Part shown: piece after piece, positions 1 through 10,619 of the stretch | Layout of the letters: each line of letters starts with the position of its first letter | Numbering within the stretch: the first letter of the stretch is position 1 | Source: Octopus sinensis | Taxonomy: Eukaryota | Assembly (NCBI RefSeq): GCF_006345805.1 | Contig: NW_021823914.1 | Location: 1 to 20,537 of the forward strand | DNA: 20,537 nt | Direction: 5' to 3' | Notes under the pieces: model-generated | The model's database searches: none | What the model was told of the DNA's origin: nothing | What the model saw: the letters and a program-made list of their open reading frames with translations, nothing else | Translations under genes and position numbers: made by a program

Positions 1-420
1 ATGCTTCCTTACTTCTTTACACAAAGCCTTAGAGTTAACTCTGCCGCCTATATTAAGGTCCTGGAAATAATTGTTACGCCCTGGATAGACAATGTATGCA
101 ATGGAAGGCCATATGTGTTTCAATAAGACTGTGCACTAACACACATGGCTCTAGTAACACAAAAATGGATGGCTGAAAATGTTCATGATCACATAACCCC
201 TAACATTTGGCTTCCTAATTCCCCAGATCTCAATCCATTAGACTATTACATGTGGATAATTGATGAGACAGAGGTCAATGAACACGCCCATAATACCAAA
301 GATTCTGTGAAAGCTGCCATAGTCAGAGTAATGACCAAAATGAACCAGGACCAACTGATTCGAGCATGTAGATGATTTAGATCTCATATAGAAGCAGTTG
401 AATGTGGCTTTATTGAATAA
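1..420 (+). pseudogene. Decayed Tc1/mariner transposase C-terminus, DD37D (maT) type; element runs off the left edge
   Basis: Frame 1 reads ...RPYVFQ*DCALTH...WLPNSPDLNPLDYY...GFIE*. There are 37 residues between the 2nd and 3rd catalytic D, and in-frame stops at 124-126 and 373-375. Confidence 0.9.
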
Positions 421-552
421 TATTATAGAAAAGAAGGTTTATTTTTATCCTCATAGCATTTTTTGATAAATAAAGTTGTTATCTGTTATTATATATCTGT
501 TTTTTTTATATAAACATAATCTGTCCTCAGATATATGTAACATGTATTTCAA

Positions 553-742
553 AAATTTAACAAAGACCCAACAAACGGAAAATTTAAGAAAAACATAAGA
601 AACAGAAAATTCGTAGCTAATTCCTCACGAGTCAATGTCCGAAAGATCATTACAATTTCGCGCCTTTGATATTTTGGTAGCGTCAGTGGTGAAAAGCCAC
701 TGGGAAGAGCTAATGAACGCATAGGATAATGACGAAAACAAA
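553..742. repeat. Dispersed repeat copy A (paralog of 1557-1770)
   Basis: Shares atttcaaaaat, aattcctca, aatttcgcgccttt, tagcgtcagtggtgaaaagccactgggaa and aatgacgaaaacaaac with copy B in the same order. Confidence 0.85.
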
Positions 743-752
743 CCCGTTAAAA

Positions 753-797
753 TAATATATGTATGTATATATATCTATATATATATCTATATATATA

Positions 798-831
<34 letters not shown>

Positions 832-879
832 CTATATAATATACATACATAACATATATATACATATATATATATATAT
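753..879. repeat. (TA)n microsatellite
   Basis: Directly visible; similar tracts at 1120-1341, 1780-1832, 8133-8370, 12367-12465, 13059-13114 and 15388-15450. Confidence 0.95.
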
Positions 880-884
880 GAAAT

Positions 885-965
885 AAAAAATGGAGTTAAC
901 GCAGGTTTAAACAAGTATTTTTACTTTAAAAATACTTGTTTAAACCTGCGTTAACTCCATTTTTT
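885..965. repeat. Perfect 39-bp inverted repeat with 3-nt loop
   Basis: 885-923 aaaaaatggagttaacgcaggtttaaacaagtattttta is the exact reverse complement of 927-965; loop ctt. Confidence 0.95.
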
Positions 966-1134
966 TATCATATTATTCAAATATTCAACGTAAAACACGA
1001 AGTTTCAACCTTTATAAACAAGGAGTTTACAACATCTTTACTTGTGAGATTTTGCTGCTGCCCTGGTAACTATTCATTCATTTATCCGTGTTAATTGTTA
1101 ACAAGGTAAAATACACTTATCTATATATACATAT

Positions 1135-1182
<48 letters not shown>

Positions 1183-1264
1183 AGATATATATACATATAC
1201 ATATATATAATATACATATAGATATATATATATACATACATATACATATTATACATACATATAC

Positions 1265-1344
<80 letters not shown>

Positions 1345-1556
1345 CAAAAAAGGACCACAAAACAAACAAATGTGGGGTAACGCAAGGAAATAAAGGGAGA
1401 CAAGAAAAGGACAGATTGAAAGTCAGAATGAAGAAGTATTAGGAAGGGAAAGAGAGAGGGAGGAAGAGAAAAGAAAGAGAAACAGACAGAAATAGACGTC
1501 GCAGAAAAAATAGTCCGAGAATATTTTACAAGAGTGCGTAGCGTTACGTATATGAT

Positions 1557-1770
1557 ATTTCAAAAATGTAACAAAAGCACTACAAACGGAAACTTTTTAC
1601 GGAAACATAACAAACAGAACATTCATAGTTAATTCCTCATCAGTCAACGTCCAGAGGATCATTAAAATTTCGCGCCTTTAACGTTGATATTGATCACTTT
1701 TGATAGCGTCAGTGGTGAAAAGCCACTGGGAATAAGCTAATGAACTACGATGGACAATGACGAAAACAAA
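1557..1770. repeat. Dispersed repeat copy B (paralog of 553-742), structured, with CTGATGA on the minus strand
   Basis: Alignment by eye to copy A; the minus strand reads ...tcaacgt...acgttga-CTGATGA-ggaattaactatgaa. Confidence 0.85.
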
Positions 1771-1782
1771 CAAAAGATGATA

Positions 1783-1838
<56 letters not shown>

Positions 1839-1959
1839 TTTTATATGTAGATTTTCATATATATTATAATATATATTAGCACCAAATAATTATAAACATC
1901 TAATTATCAAAGTGAAAAAATTATCAGAAAAGCCATTTCTATTCATTTTTTCAATATTC

Positions 1960-2032
<73 letters not shown>
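1960..2032. repeat. (GATA)n microsatellite
   Basis: Directly visible. Confidence 0.95.
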
Positions 2033-2044
2033 TTTAAATGGATA

Positions 2045-2394
2045 TGTCTATTCTCACATACCACTCGAAAGGTCCCTGAATATGGGGTTTTGTTTAAGGG
2101 GGATGAATGAAAAACTCACGTCTCCATGCGTGAGTAATTCAAACCCCAAAGAATTCTTAGCTCATGGCTATGATGCTCCCCTACTACTTCTGCGCGTGAT
2201 AAGAGATGCACATAACATCAGCCACTAAGGGACATACTCAACTGGTTACGGTCAAGCAACTGACAAGCAACTCTGTGGTATTGAGCAGAATATTTCCTGC
2301 TGCCCATCTTTTATACCAAGACAAAACATGATAACACTTCCAATCAGTTAAGATTAGAAGCCATGAGAGCTACTGCCTGGTACTGCATCAGGGC

Positions 2395-2396
<2 letters not shown>
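2045..2396 (-). mobile_element. Interspersed repeat starting at the edge of a (TAA)n tract, possibly the 5' region of a TAA-targeting LINE
   Basis: The minus strand begins aatgccctgatgcagtaccaggcag directly after (TAA)n. It resembles a recalled octopus repeat; no coding evidence. Confidence 0.35.
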
Positions 2397-2443
<47 letters not shown>

Positions 2444-2482
2444 TATTATTATTATTATTATTTATTATTATTATTATCATTA

Positions 2483-2540
<58 letters not shown>

Positions 2541-2552
2541 CATTATATTATT
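2396..2552. repeat. (TTA)n microsatellite
   Basis: Directly visible; also at 2780-2815, 5794-5844, 7723-7765 and 19490-19716. Confidence 0.95.
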
Positions 2553-2554
2553 AA

Positions 2555-2779
2555 CATTGCGTTTGCACACCTAATGCTGGAGATGTACTACAGTGACAGC
2601 TGTTCACTACCAGTGAACTAAGGTAACACCTCTTATTTTTCGAGCACCTTCCTGAGTATTCAAGCGGTTCCAAGCAGTGCTGTTTTCTGCAAGAGAGCTC
2701 CACCCTTATTGCAGCCCCTATTTGTTACACGTACTTCTCAATATTTTTGCTCACTGTTCCCAGGGCTCCAGCAACAACA

Positions 2780-2781
<2 letters not shown>
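2555..2781 (-). mobile_element. 3' end of an R4/Dong-type (RLE) non-LTR retrotransposon, 5'-truncated, inside (TAA)n
   Basis: The minus strand translates IVVAGALGTVSKNIEKYV*QIGAAIRVEL/LQKTALLGTA*ILRKVLEK*, the C-terminal motif of RLE LINEs. A short 3' UTR and (TAA)n follow. Confidence 0.85.
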
Positions 2782-2817
<36 letters not shown>

Positions 2818-2818
<1 letters not shown>

Positions 2819-3182
2819 TTGAATGGTAGAATAGTTAAAAGACGGATAAAATGTTTTACAGTATCTCTTCCGGATTTTCATTTTCTTTCTAAAATCGAAT
2901 CCATCCGATGTCAGCTTTGCTTTTCATCTCTCCCGCCTTGATAAAATATATTAACCAGTCAAATACCGAGTCGATATTAACGACAAAGCCCTCACCTTTG
3001 AAATTTGCGACGTCGTTCCTAGGTCAGAAATTAATTGGCAGAATCATTACAGACTCAGAAAAACATGCCATACGGTATTTGTTCTGGCTCAATACATTCT
3101 GAGTTCTAAAACCGCCGACGTTGACTTTGCCTTACGCCACTTCGAAATCGATAAAATATAATACCGGTTAAACACAGGGGTC
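2818..3182 (+). mobile_element. Two degenerate tandem copies of the tRNA-derived SINE family seen at 4608-4833
   Basis: Degenerate ggcagaat / ttctgagttc / gactttgcctt / gataaaat motifs at about 2818-3010 and 3031-3182. Confidence 0.65.
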
Positions 3183-3229
3183 TTTTCTTCTATCTTAAAC
3201 CCTTTTCTCTTTATGAAGACCACTTTTCG

Positions 3230-3420
3230 CACCATGTTTCCTTAATTTTGCATTTTCCTAGATAAGGACACTGACCCGATGCGGAACTGATTTTTACCTC
3301 TGGGAAGAGGTGATCCATTTTAGACTGATCTTTGTCTTTTGACTTGTCCAGCATGAGAAGCCATGCCAGGAGCTTGCACCGCACTGACATAGCAGATCGA
3401 CCATCATGCCGTAACAAGGG
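3230..3420 (-). mobile_element. Possible RTE-clade LINE 5' UTR relic
   Basis: The minus strand gctcctggcatggcttctcatgctggacaagtcaaaagacaaagatcagtctaaaatggatcac resembles RTE 5' UTRs as recalled; no ORF. Confidence 0.35.
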
Positions 3421-3519
3421 ATGGATTTTCTGGTGAACTAGAATCGATGGTGTCTACGAAATTCCTCCCTCAAAAGTTGTTGGCGGATCAAAAATTTTGA
3501 AACCGTTGTTGTTGTTTTG

Positions 3520-3810
3520 ATGAAGAGGAGGAGGAGGTTGAGGAAGAGTAATAAAGGAGGTGATGGTGGTGGAAGAGGAGGAGCAGGAGGAGCAGGAGGA
3601 AGCGGACGGGGAGGAGAAGAGGAAAGAGGAGGATGAAAAGGAAGAGGAGGAGGAAGAGAAAGAAGAGGTAGAGGAAGAGCTGGAGGAAGAGCTGGAGAAA
3701 GGGGTGGAGGAAGAGGAGGGAGAAGTGGAAGAGGAAGAGAAGGAGGAAGAGGAGGAAGAGGTGGAGGAGGAAGAAGAAGAAGAAGAAGAAAGAAGAAGAA
3801 GAAGAAGAAA
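3520..3810. repeat. Polypurine (GAG/GAA)n low-complexity tract
   Basis: Directly visible; explains the poly-E and poly-P ORFs. Confidence 0.95.
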
Positions 3811-4136
3811 GAGATTTTCATTATTCGTGGTTGTCTAAAATATTCCACCTTTTTTTTTTATAATATTTGAAGTGAAAGTGTGCTAAAGTCAATTATTTTG
3901 TTTTTAAAGTTAATTTCCGTATGCATTATTTATGTAAATAACCCGTTCGTTTCTTTATATCGGTTTAATTAGTTTCATTTTTTTGTTTTTTTATATTTTA
4001 TTTTAGTGTCTGTGTGTTATGTATTTCATATCAGCTTCATACAGGACATACAATAGCGACAACAACGACATTGTGCTAGAAATAGCCATCAAATTTTCTC
4101 AAATAAACACGTTACCATCTTCAAAAATGGAAGGGC

Positions 4137-4286
4137 AGGGTTACCACTTTACAGCTGAGTGGACTGGGGCAACATGAAACGAAGTGTTTTTACTCAAGAA
4201 CACAACGCACCGCTCGGCTCGGGAATCGAAACCACGAACTTGCTATCATGAGAGCGACACCTTAACCACTAGACCGTGCACCTTCA
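4137..4286 (-). mobile_element. tRNA-derived SINE (CORE-like), 3'-truncated
   Basis: Minus strand has A-box-like ggtctagtggttaagg, B-box-like ggtttcgattccc, then gttcttgagtaaaaacactt...ccagtccactcagctg. Confidence 0.75.
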
Positions 4287-4287
4287 T

Positions 4288-4337
4288 TGCTACTACTGCT
4301 ACTACTACTATTAGTACTACTAGTAGTACAGATGATA

Positions 4338-4376
<39 letters not shown>

Positions 4377-4407
4377 GTGGTGATGGCGATGGTGATGGTG
4401 ATGGTGG

Positions 4408-4439
<32 letters not shown>

Positions 4440-4543
4440 CATCAACTATTATTACTACTACTACAGTTGCTGCAACCACCACCACTACTACTACTATTAC
4501 TACTACTATGACGGCTGCTACTACTACTACTACTACTACTACT
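4288..4543. repeat. Compound (ACT)n/(GAT)n/(GGT)n trinucleotide microsatellite
   Basis: Directly visible. Confidence 0.95.
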
Positions 4544-4546
4544 CCG

Positions 4547-5420
4547 TAGTTCATTGCATTAAGACAGTTTCTCCGTTTCCTTTGGGCAAAGTTTTCGTTG
4601 GGAAAAACCTATTTCTTTATTACCCACAAGTGGCTAAACACAGAGGGGACAAACAAGGACAGACATAGGTATTAAGTCGATTACATCGACCCCAGTGCGT
4701 AACTGGTACTTAATTTATCGACCCCGAAAGGATGAAAGGCAAAGTCGACCTCGGCGGAATTTGAACTCGGAACGTAACGGCAGACGAAATACCGCTAAGC
4801 ATTTCGCCCGGCGTGCTAACGTTTCTGCCAGCTGATGTTTTGTCAGCGTACATACGTTTTTTGTTTGCTTCGGTCTTTAATAATTAAGTCTGAATGGTTT
4901 CCCTTGATCTGCTTGTCAGTCGAGGTATTATATACCAGGTTATTGTGGCCATGTCGTTACTTATAACCCCGCCCCCCCCCCCATTTCCATGTCAAAGTGT
5001 TGACATATTGACTAGTGGATATAAATGCTGACTGGACGACCATGTCTGCGAATACTCTCATACTTAGCAACGACTGCTAGAGGGAATTGCTGGGGTTGAA
5101 CCTTCTCACTGTACTGGTTGAATAGTCTACACTCGATGTTGTTCACAACTTTCATTATATTATTATACTTCTGTAGATGTTTATGATTAGATATTAAATC
5201 ATGTACTGATAAAACCAGATGTTTTTCTCCTCTTTGCAGAATAGAATTTTCGAATTTTTGTTAGCTTCCAGCCCGGTTTATTTCTCTATCGAGTTCTTTT
5301 GGAGTATTTCCAATAGAGCGGTATTCTTCTCCGGTTTTAACTTTATCAGTCGTGTTATCCTTATCTCAATCTTTTACTCAAGCGAAGCTAGTTTTGTCTT
5401 TGTGTTTTATTGTTTCCTTA
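4547..5420 (-). mobile_element. Highly decayed R4/Dong-type LINE, zinc-knuckle and RLE endonuclease region, interrupted by the SINE at 4608-4833
   Basis: With frameshifts the minus strand gives PLYWKYSKR, ECRLFNQ, VAKYESIRRHGR..IYIH*SICQHF, TDKQIKGNHSDLIIKD and, beyond the SINE, KETEKLS*CNEL. The order is collinear with the 18734-19492 copy. Confidence 0.7.
4608..4833 (-). mobile_element. tRNA-derived SINE with Meta/MESC-like central domain, well preserved
   Basis: Minus strand ctggcagaaacgttagcacgccgggcg...gagttcaaattccgccgaggtcgactttgcctttcatcctttcggggtcgataaa; near-identical to 16054-16280. Confidence 0.85.
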
Positions 5421-5454
5421 TATATATATATATAGTGATAATAACAATAATCCT

Positions 5455-5792
5455 TGGATGGAATTTGTAAACATTTAATGCATTGCTACGCACGTTTCCA
5501 CAAATCGCATGTCTCTTCAGGTAACAGTCAGTGTTCCTGGAATGATCACAGTGTAGTCCGTACTATAATTCAACCAACCTTCGCACTGGTCAAAAGAGAT
5601 AAACATCTCTCTGGTAAACGTCCATTAATGTTATATCGCCCGAAGAAATGTATCTATGAAGATGATCTACCCGATGCCCACGGATAATACGGACTACACT
5701 GTAATCATCCTAGGAATACTGGCTGTGATCTGAAGACACGTGATTCATGGAAACTCACGTTGAGATGCATTAAATGTTTATAAATTCCATCC

Positions 5793-5793
<1 letters not shown>
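5455..5793. repeat. Diverged inverted repeat (~110-bp arms) with a degenerate hammerhead motif in each arm; PLE-like
   Basis: 5455-5566 vs 5684-5793. CTGAAGA...GAAAC lies at 5730-5754 (+) and within 5481-5526 (-). Confidence 0.8.
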
Positions 5794-5844
<51 letters not shown>

Positions 5845-5939
5845 GTAACTCTATATCTAAGTGTTTAGTCATGATTAGCGTAAGGGAAACCGGTCAACTA
5901 TGTAAATATTTTATTTCATTATATATATATATATATATA

Positions 5940-6060
5940 TTGGCCTGCTTGCTTAGCCAGTGGGGTGGCGTCATTCGAAGGCTAAAACAATGCGAACGCA
6001 TTGTGACCAGCGATGTGTAGCAACATCTGATGGTCTGGTCGGTCACGTGATCACGTGATA
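5940..6060 (-). mobile_element. Fragment of a SINE-like interspersed repeat between (TA)n tracts
   Basis: Resembles a recalled octopus SINE 3' portion; no head is visible. Confidence 0.4.
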
Positions 6061-6387
6061 TATATAATGTGTGTATATATATATATGTATATATATGTAT
6101 ATATATGTGTGTGTGTGTGTGTGTATACATATATATATATATATAAATGTTCGAAAAAATGGTGAATTATGATGAAAAATATAAAAGCAAATGCATAAAA
6201 ATGTTATGCTCGACAATGTGTGTGCATACATACATGTGTATATGCATGTATATATGTCGTGCTTCCTTATTGCACTAAGAAATTTCCCTCTGGTTCCACT
6301 GTGGTTATTTTATATTCTATTTATTTTTGTTTTGTTTTGTTTTTTTTTTTACCTACACAAACCCCATCTTCCTTACATATATATATA

Positions 6388-6870
6388 GCGCAGATATATT
6401 CTATCTATATCAGCTTTATGGGAGAGGTTCTGAAACGTTATTAGTAGATTTCTTATTTTCCTGTCTAATCTCTTTAATTCACTTAACTTTATTATATTAA
6501 ATCTCCAGTTTATAACCAAGCTGACCAATGTATTTATGCCCGCTATCTTATTTCTGTCAATGAGTCTAGTGTTCATATTATTTATCTGACTTTTCCTGTA
6601 CAACGCTTTGCTAATTTGCTCATTCATTTCTGCGTCTTATTATATCAGTTTTCATCGACTCTTAAATATTTGTATGGTTTGTTCTGATCTGATTCTCAGA
6701 TATCGGTCTCTATATCTTATTTATTATTATCAGTTTTAGTCGATTTGCCCGTGATAGTAGCTTGTCTAATCCCATACACATTTTAACGTTTTAGTTGAAT
6801 TTATGAACAATTTAATAAGTTTTCTATTTGTATTATAGAATGATAGCATAAATGTACTATCAGTTCATAC
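6388..6870 (-). pseudogene. R4/Dong-type LINE reverse transcriptase C-terminal/thumb relic
   Basis: Minus-strand GLDK and PYKYL motifs, then NKIAGINTL...LSELKRLDRKIRNLL...HKADIDRIYL in ORF 6373-6627. Confidence 0.8.
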
Positions 6871-6877
6871 ATACTGC

Positions 6878-7195
6878 ATTCAAAGTTTAGCACAAGGCCA
6901 GCAATAACGAAGGAAGGATAAATTGATTACATTGACTCCCAGTGCTCCATTGAAACATATTTTATCGAGTACGAAACGATGAAAGGCAAAATCGACCTCG
7001 GCGGAATTCGACCTCAGAGCGTAAAGACGAACGAAATGACGCTAAGAATTTTGTTCGGAATGCTAACGATTCGACGAGCTTGCGCCTTAAAACGGTAAAA
7101 TCATAGCAGAATTTGATCTCAGAAGGTAAAGTCGGATGAAATACCGCCAAACATTTTGCCCGGCATGCTAACGATTCTGTCAGCTTTCCACCTTA
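6878..7195 (-). mobile_element. One near-full and one partial copy of the Meta-like tRNA SINE
   Basis: gatgaaaggcaaaatcgacctcggcggaatt in 6878-7088; a second head at about 7105-7195. Confidence 0.8.
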
Positions 7196-7214
7196 TTTCA
7201 AAATATTGCCAGTA

Positions 7215-7290
7215 GACGGTTACAGGGAATCGAAACCTGTACCTCTCTGGTACCGGTTGAACCCTGTGTACCATTAAGCTAAGTGACCTC
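7215..7290 (-). other. tRNA-like SINE head relic
   Basis: Minus strand A-box-like tagcttaatggt and B-box-like ggtttcgattcc; no clean cloverleaf. Confidence 0.45.
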
Positions 7291-7527
7291 TGACATTTCA
7301 CTTCCTACGTATAAGAGATAATTGGTAGTTTGTCCATGGCATCTCTTCCAAGCGACAATTTCGTTCAACAGATATAACGATCCAGCCAATGTTAGACCAA
7401 AAAGCAAGGGAGATAATGAGTGTCACTGGAAGTTTCCCTTCTTACGGTTATATAGCTGCTTTAATTATTTTGTGTGCGTGTTGTAGTAATATTCTTGCCT
7501 TCCATTTTGGTATTATCACGAAACGAT

Positions 7528-7678
7528 AAGGCAGTGAGCTGGCAGAATAGTTAGCACACCGGTTAAAATGCTTAGCGGCATTTCATCTGTCTTTATGTTC
7601 TGAGTTCAAATTTCGCCGAGGTCGACTTTGCCTTTCATCGTTTGCGGGGGTCGATAAAATAAGTACCAATTGAACACG
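7528..7678 (+). mobile_element. Meta-like tRNA SINE; another head fragment at about 7795-7856
   Basis: gagctggcagaatagttagc...ttctgagttcaaatttcgccgaggtcgactttgcctttcatc. Confidence 0.85.
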
Positions 7679-7722
7679 ATAAAGAAACGATTTTTTTTTT
7701 ATAATATTAGAAATACAAGTAC

Positions 7723-7766
<44 letters not shown>

Positions 7767-7860
7767 GCAAAAACGTCTGGTGTTGTGCATTTATCCCGCC
7801 GGGCAAAATACTTAGCAGTATTTCGTCTGTCTTCACGCTCAGAGTTCGCATTCTGCTTTG

Positions 7861-8050
7861 ATCCAAAATGTATAGTGTTATATATCCATCACGGCTGGTC
7901 CTAACAATCTGTTTCACGTAAAGAATACAATGGAGAGTTAGGTAGCAAGTTATATAATCAGATTGTTACCTAACACTCCATTGTATTCTTTACGCGAAAC
8001 CGATTGGTAAGACCAGCCATGATAGATATTTAATACTATACATTTCGGAT
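7861..8050. repeat. Inverted repeat (~88-bp arms, 14-nt spacer) containing the 3' half of a hammerhead
   Basis: 7861-7948 vs 7963-8050; GAA-ACC-gatt-GGT-A-agaccagc at 7996-8017. Confidence 0.85.
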
Positions 8051-8140
8051 AATATACCCACTCTACTGACGGATATATTATATGAGTGAATCTTTTCCCT
8101 GACTTATAGTCTCTTAGACGACTCACCCACGTATATATAT

Positions 8141-8189
<49 letters not shown>

Positions 8190-8371
8190 ATATATATATA
8201 TACATACATACATACATATATATACATATACATATATATATATTTAATATATCTATATAATATTATATTATATATATACATATAATATATATGTATATAT
8301 ATATATATTATAATATATATATATATTATATATATATATATATAATATTATATATATCTATATATAATATA

Positions 8372-9245
8372 CAGCGTGCGATGGGTAAATTGTCGCCATT
8401 TCATATCTTTAATTTTGCCTATGTGCATTGTTTGTTCTTGATTTTGTAGTAGGGTCAGTTGGGCACCATCTGTGAGAAAAACAGCGCCATGACGCAATTC
8501 ACTCTGCTAGAAATTTGGAAACGACATGCTGTACTGCTTGGTATTCGTGCCGGAAGCTCCATTACGAACATTCAGAGGGTTTGGATGTCAATCAGAGGAC
8601 AGTGCAATCTGAGGGCGTGTACCGGGAGTGATAAAAATCAATCATCCAGTCACTATCATGCTGTTTGGAGTGATCGCTAATGATGGCTACGTTATGCCTC
8701 CATTCATCTTCTCACATAACCTAAGACTCAAGACGGAAGCCTACATCAATTGCCCGGAGTAGGTAGTACTGCCCTGAGTCAAGAGGGTGGCTGCTGAAAG
8801 ACCCTATATCTGGTAGCAGAACTCTGCACCATGCCACACAAGCAAGAGGACCCAGTCGTGGCTATCAGATAATTCCTGCGACCACATCACCCCTAAAATA
8901 TGGCCACCTAACTTCCTAGACTGCAATCCCCTTGATTGTCATGTGAGGGGTGAAGTTGAGTGAGAGACCAACAAAACTCCTTGTAACACCAAAGATGAAC
9001 GGAAGGCAAGGATTATGGCAGCATTGACTAACCTAAATAAGGAAACCGTCCAGAAGAGTTGCAGGAGATTCTGAAGTCGTCTGGAGGCCATGGTTGAAGC
9101 CAATGGCGATTTTATTGAATAAATTTTCTCTTTAGTATTTCAAGATATTTTTATGTAATTTTGGTAAATATATCTGTTAAAATGAGATGTCGGTGTCATT
9201 TTCATTCTTGCGTAATTTAGGCGACAGTTTATTCATCGCACCCTG
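8372..9245 (+). mobile_element. Internally deleted DD37D (maT) Tc1/mariner element with both 26-bp TIRs
   Basis: TIRs cagcgtgcgatgggtaaattgtcgcc (8372-8397) and ggcgacagtttattcatcgcaccctg (9220-9245); TA on the left. Relic ORF of about 8628-9122 reads ...W*QNSAPCH...WPPNFLDCNPLD...GDFIE* with D37D spacing and several stops. Confidence 0.92.
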
Positions 9246-9255
9246 TTGCCACTGT

Positions 9256-9387
9256 TCACGGCAGGTCACATGACGTTTATGATATTGGTATTGATAACGC
9301 AGCGACATCAGATAGAGATTGCCGCTTGTATTCGTATCTCAGTTCGCTATCACACCAATATCAGCAACGTCATGTGACCTGCCTTGA
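9256..9387. mobile_element. Short MITE-like fold-back element
   Basis: Arms of about 43 bp: tcacggcaggtcacatgacgtt..gatattggt vs accaatatc..aacgtcatgtgacctgccttga. Confidence 0.7.
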
Positions 9388-9527
9388 CTAGTAAGTAGCC
9401 AGCTCGATTTCCTCTTTTGTTTACCTAAGCTTGAAGAACTAGGTTTGTTTTACAAGGCCCCGAAACTTTAAGGTGCATGGTGCCGAATCAAACTGTTTTT
9501 AAATAATGTGTGTGTGTGTGTGTATGT

Positions 9528-9614
<87 letters not shown>

Positions 9615-10047
9615 CATAAATGTATATTGATAAAATAATTAAACACAAGATCACAAAAAGAATGAACCAGTTTCGAATCCCACTGAAGACAGGATTTTGA
9701 AAAGCAGCAGGAGCACACCAAGTTATCATGATCTGAATTAACCTGGCTTCCGTAGAGTATCGGGAATAAGGGCCGCAACACTTGTCGGATGGGAGCTGTG
9801 TGCTCGCTTTGCGGCAAGTTTCTGATATTCATGCCTAAATATATATTGATGAAAGTAGCCGCAAAATTAGTATTAAATTCCAACAGTTTGATGCAAGATA
9901 TTATACAACGCTTCCATCACTAATTAATGACTCATTAGTGACCTCTATTTTGCCTATATAAAGAAAATATATTGTATTATTACAATTCTATATGGATAAA
10001 TGAACGACTCAGCTAAAATTAATTTGCGCATAGGATTATATTTACTA

Positions 10048-10430
10048 CTAGCAGTATCACCCGGCGTTGCTCGGGTTTGTAAGGGAAATAACTATAAAGC
10101 ATTTTTAGAGAGTTATAGCCAAAAAAAATAGCAAAAAAATGGGAAAAAAATGATGGTAAATTTTTTTTGAGAGTTAAAAGGTCGAGTTGCGTCCCCTAGA
10201 CAGTCTGTGGTTTGTGTTTCTGATTCTCGACCCATGTCGAATTTATCGATTTTTTTCAGAACTGGGGGAACTTTTTCAAAATTTTCGCTGCGTTAGTTTT
10301 GAATTATGACATTGGGCTATGTGTGTATCAAGTTTCATCAGAATCGGTTGAAAGCCGTGGTCAGGGTGAGGGTACAACCTAATAGACACACAGACACACA
10401 CAGACAAACTGCCGTTTATATAGAGAGAGA
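10048..10430 (-). mobile_element. Non-autonomous Helitron
   Basis: Minus strand A|TCtctc...acccgagcaacgccgggt hairpin-gatactg-CTAG|T. It has 5' TC, a subterminal hairpin, 3' CTAG, an A/T target and no TSD. Confidence 0.88.
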
Positions 10431-10619
10431 TTTAATTATCAAAAAGGTGGTATTTAAAGAGATGATGGTCGCATTTGCCCTTATAAACTTAATTCACAAC
10501 GAAGTGGAAAGTGAAAAACTCAAGCCTCTTTTTCAAACATTTTATTCTAAACTTTTTTATTTTCTAATGTAAATTTAAACCTCAACAATTCATTTTCCCC
10601 CATACAAACTGTAAACCAT

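Noticed and set aside
3438-3848. Poly-Pro and poly-Glu ORFs
   Set aside because: Translation of a (GAG/GAA)n tract; no domain or splice evidence.
5180-5420. Penelope GIY-YIG endonuclease relic
   Set aside because: Better explained as the PLHGKY to ETEGF region of the collinear Dong-type LINE.
7215-7290. Functional tRNA gene
   Set aside because: A/B-box-like motifs only; acceptor and anticodon stems do not pair.
9676-9712. ctgaaga...gaaa motif
   Set aside because: No stems I or III; likely chance.
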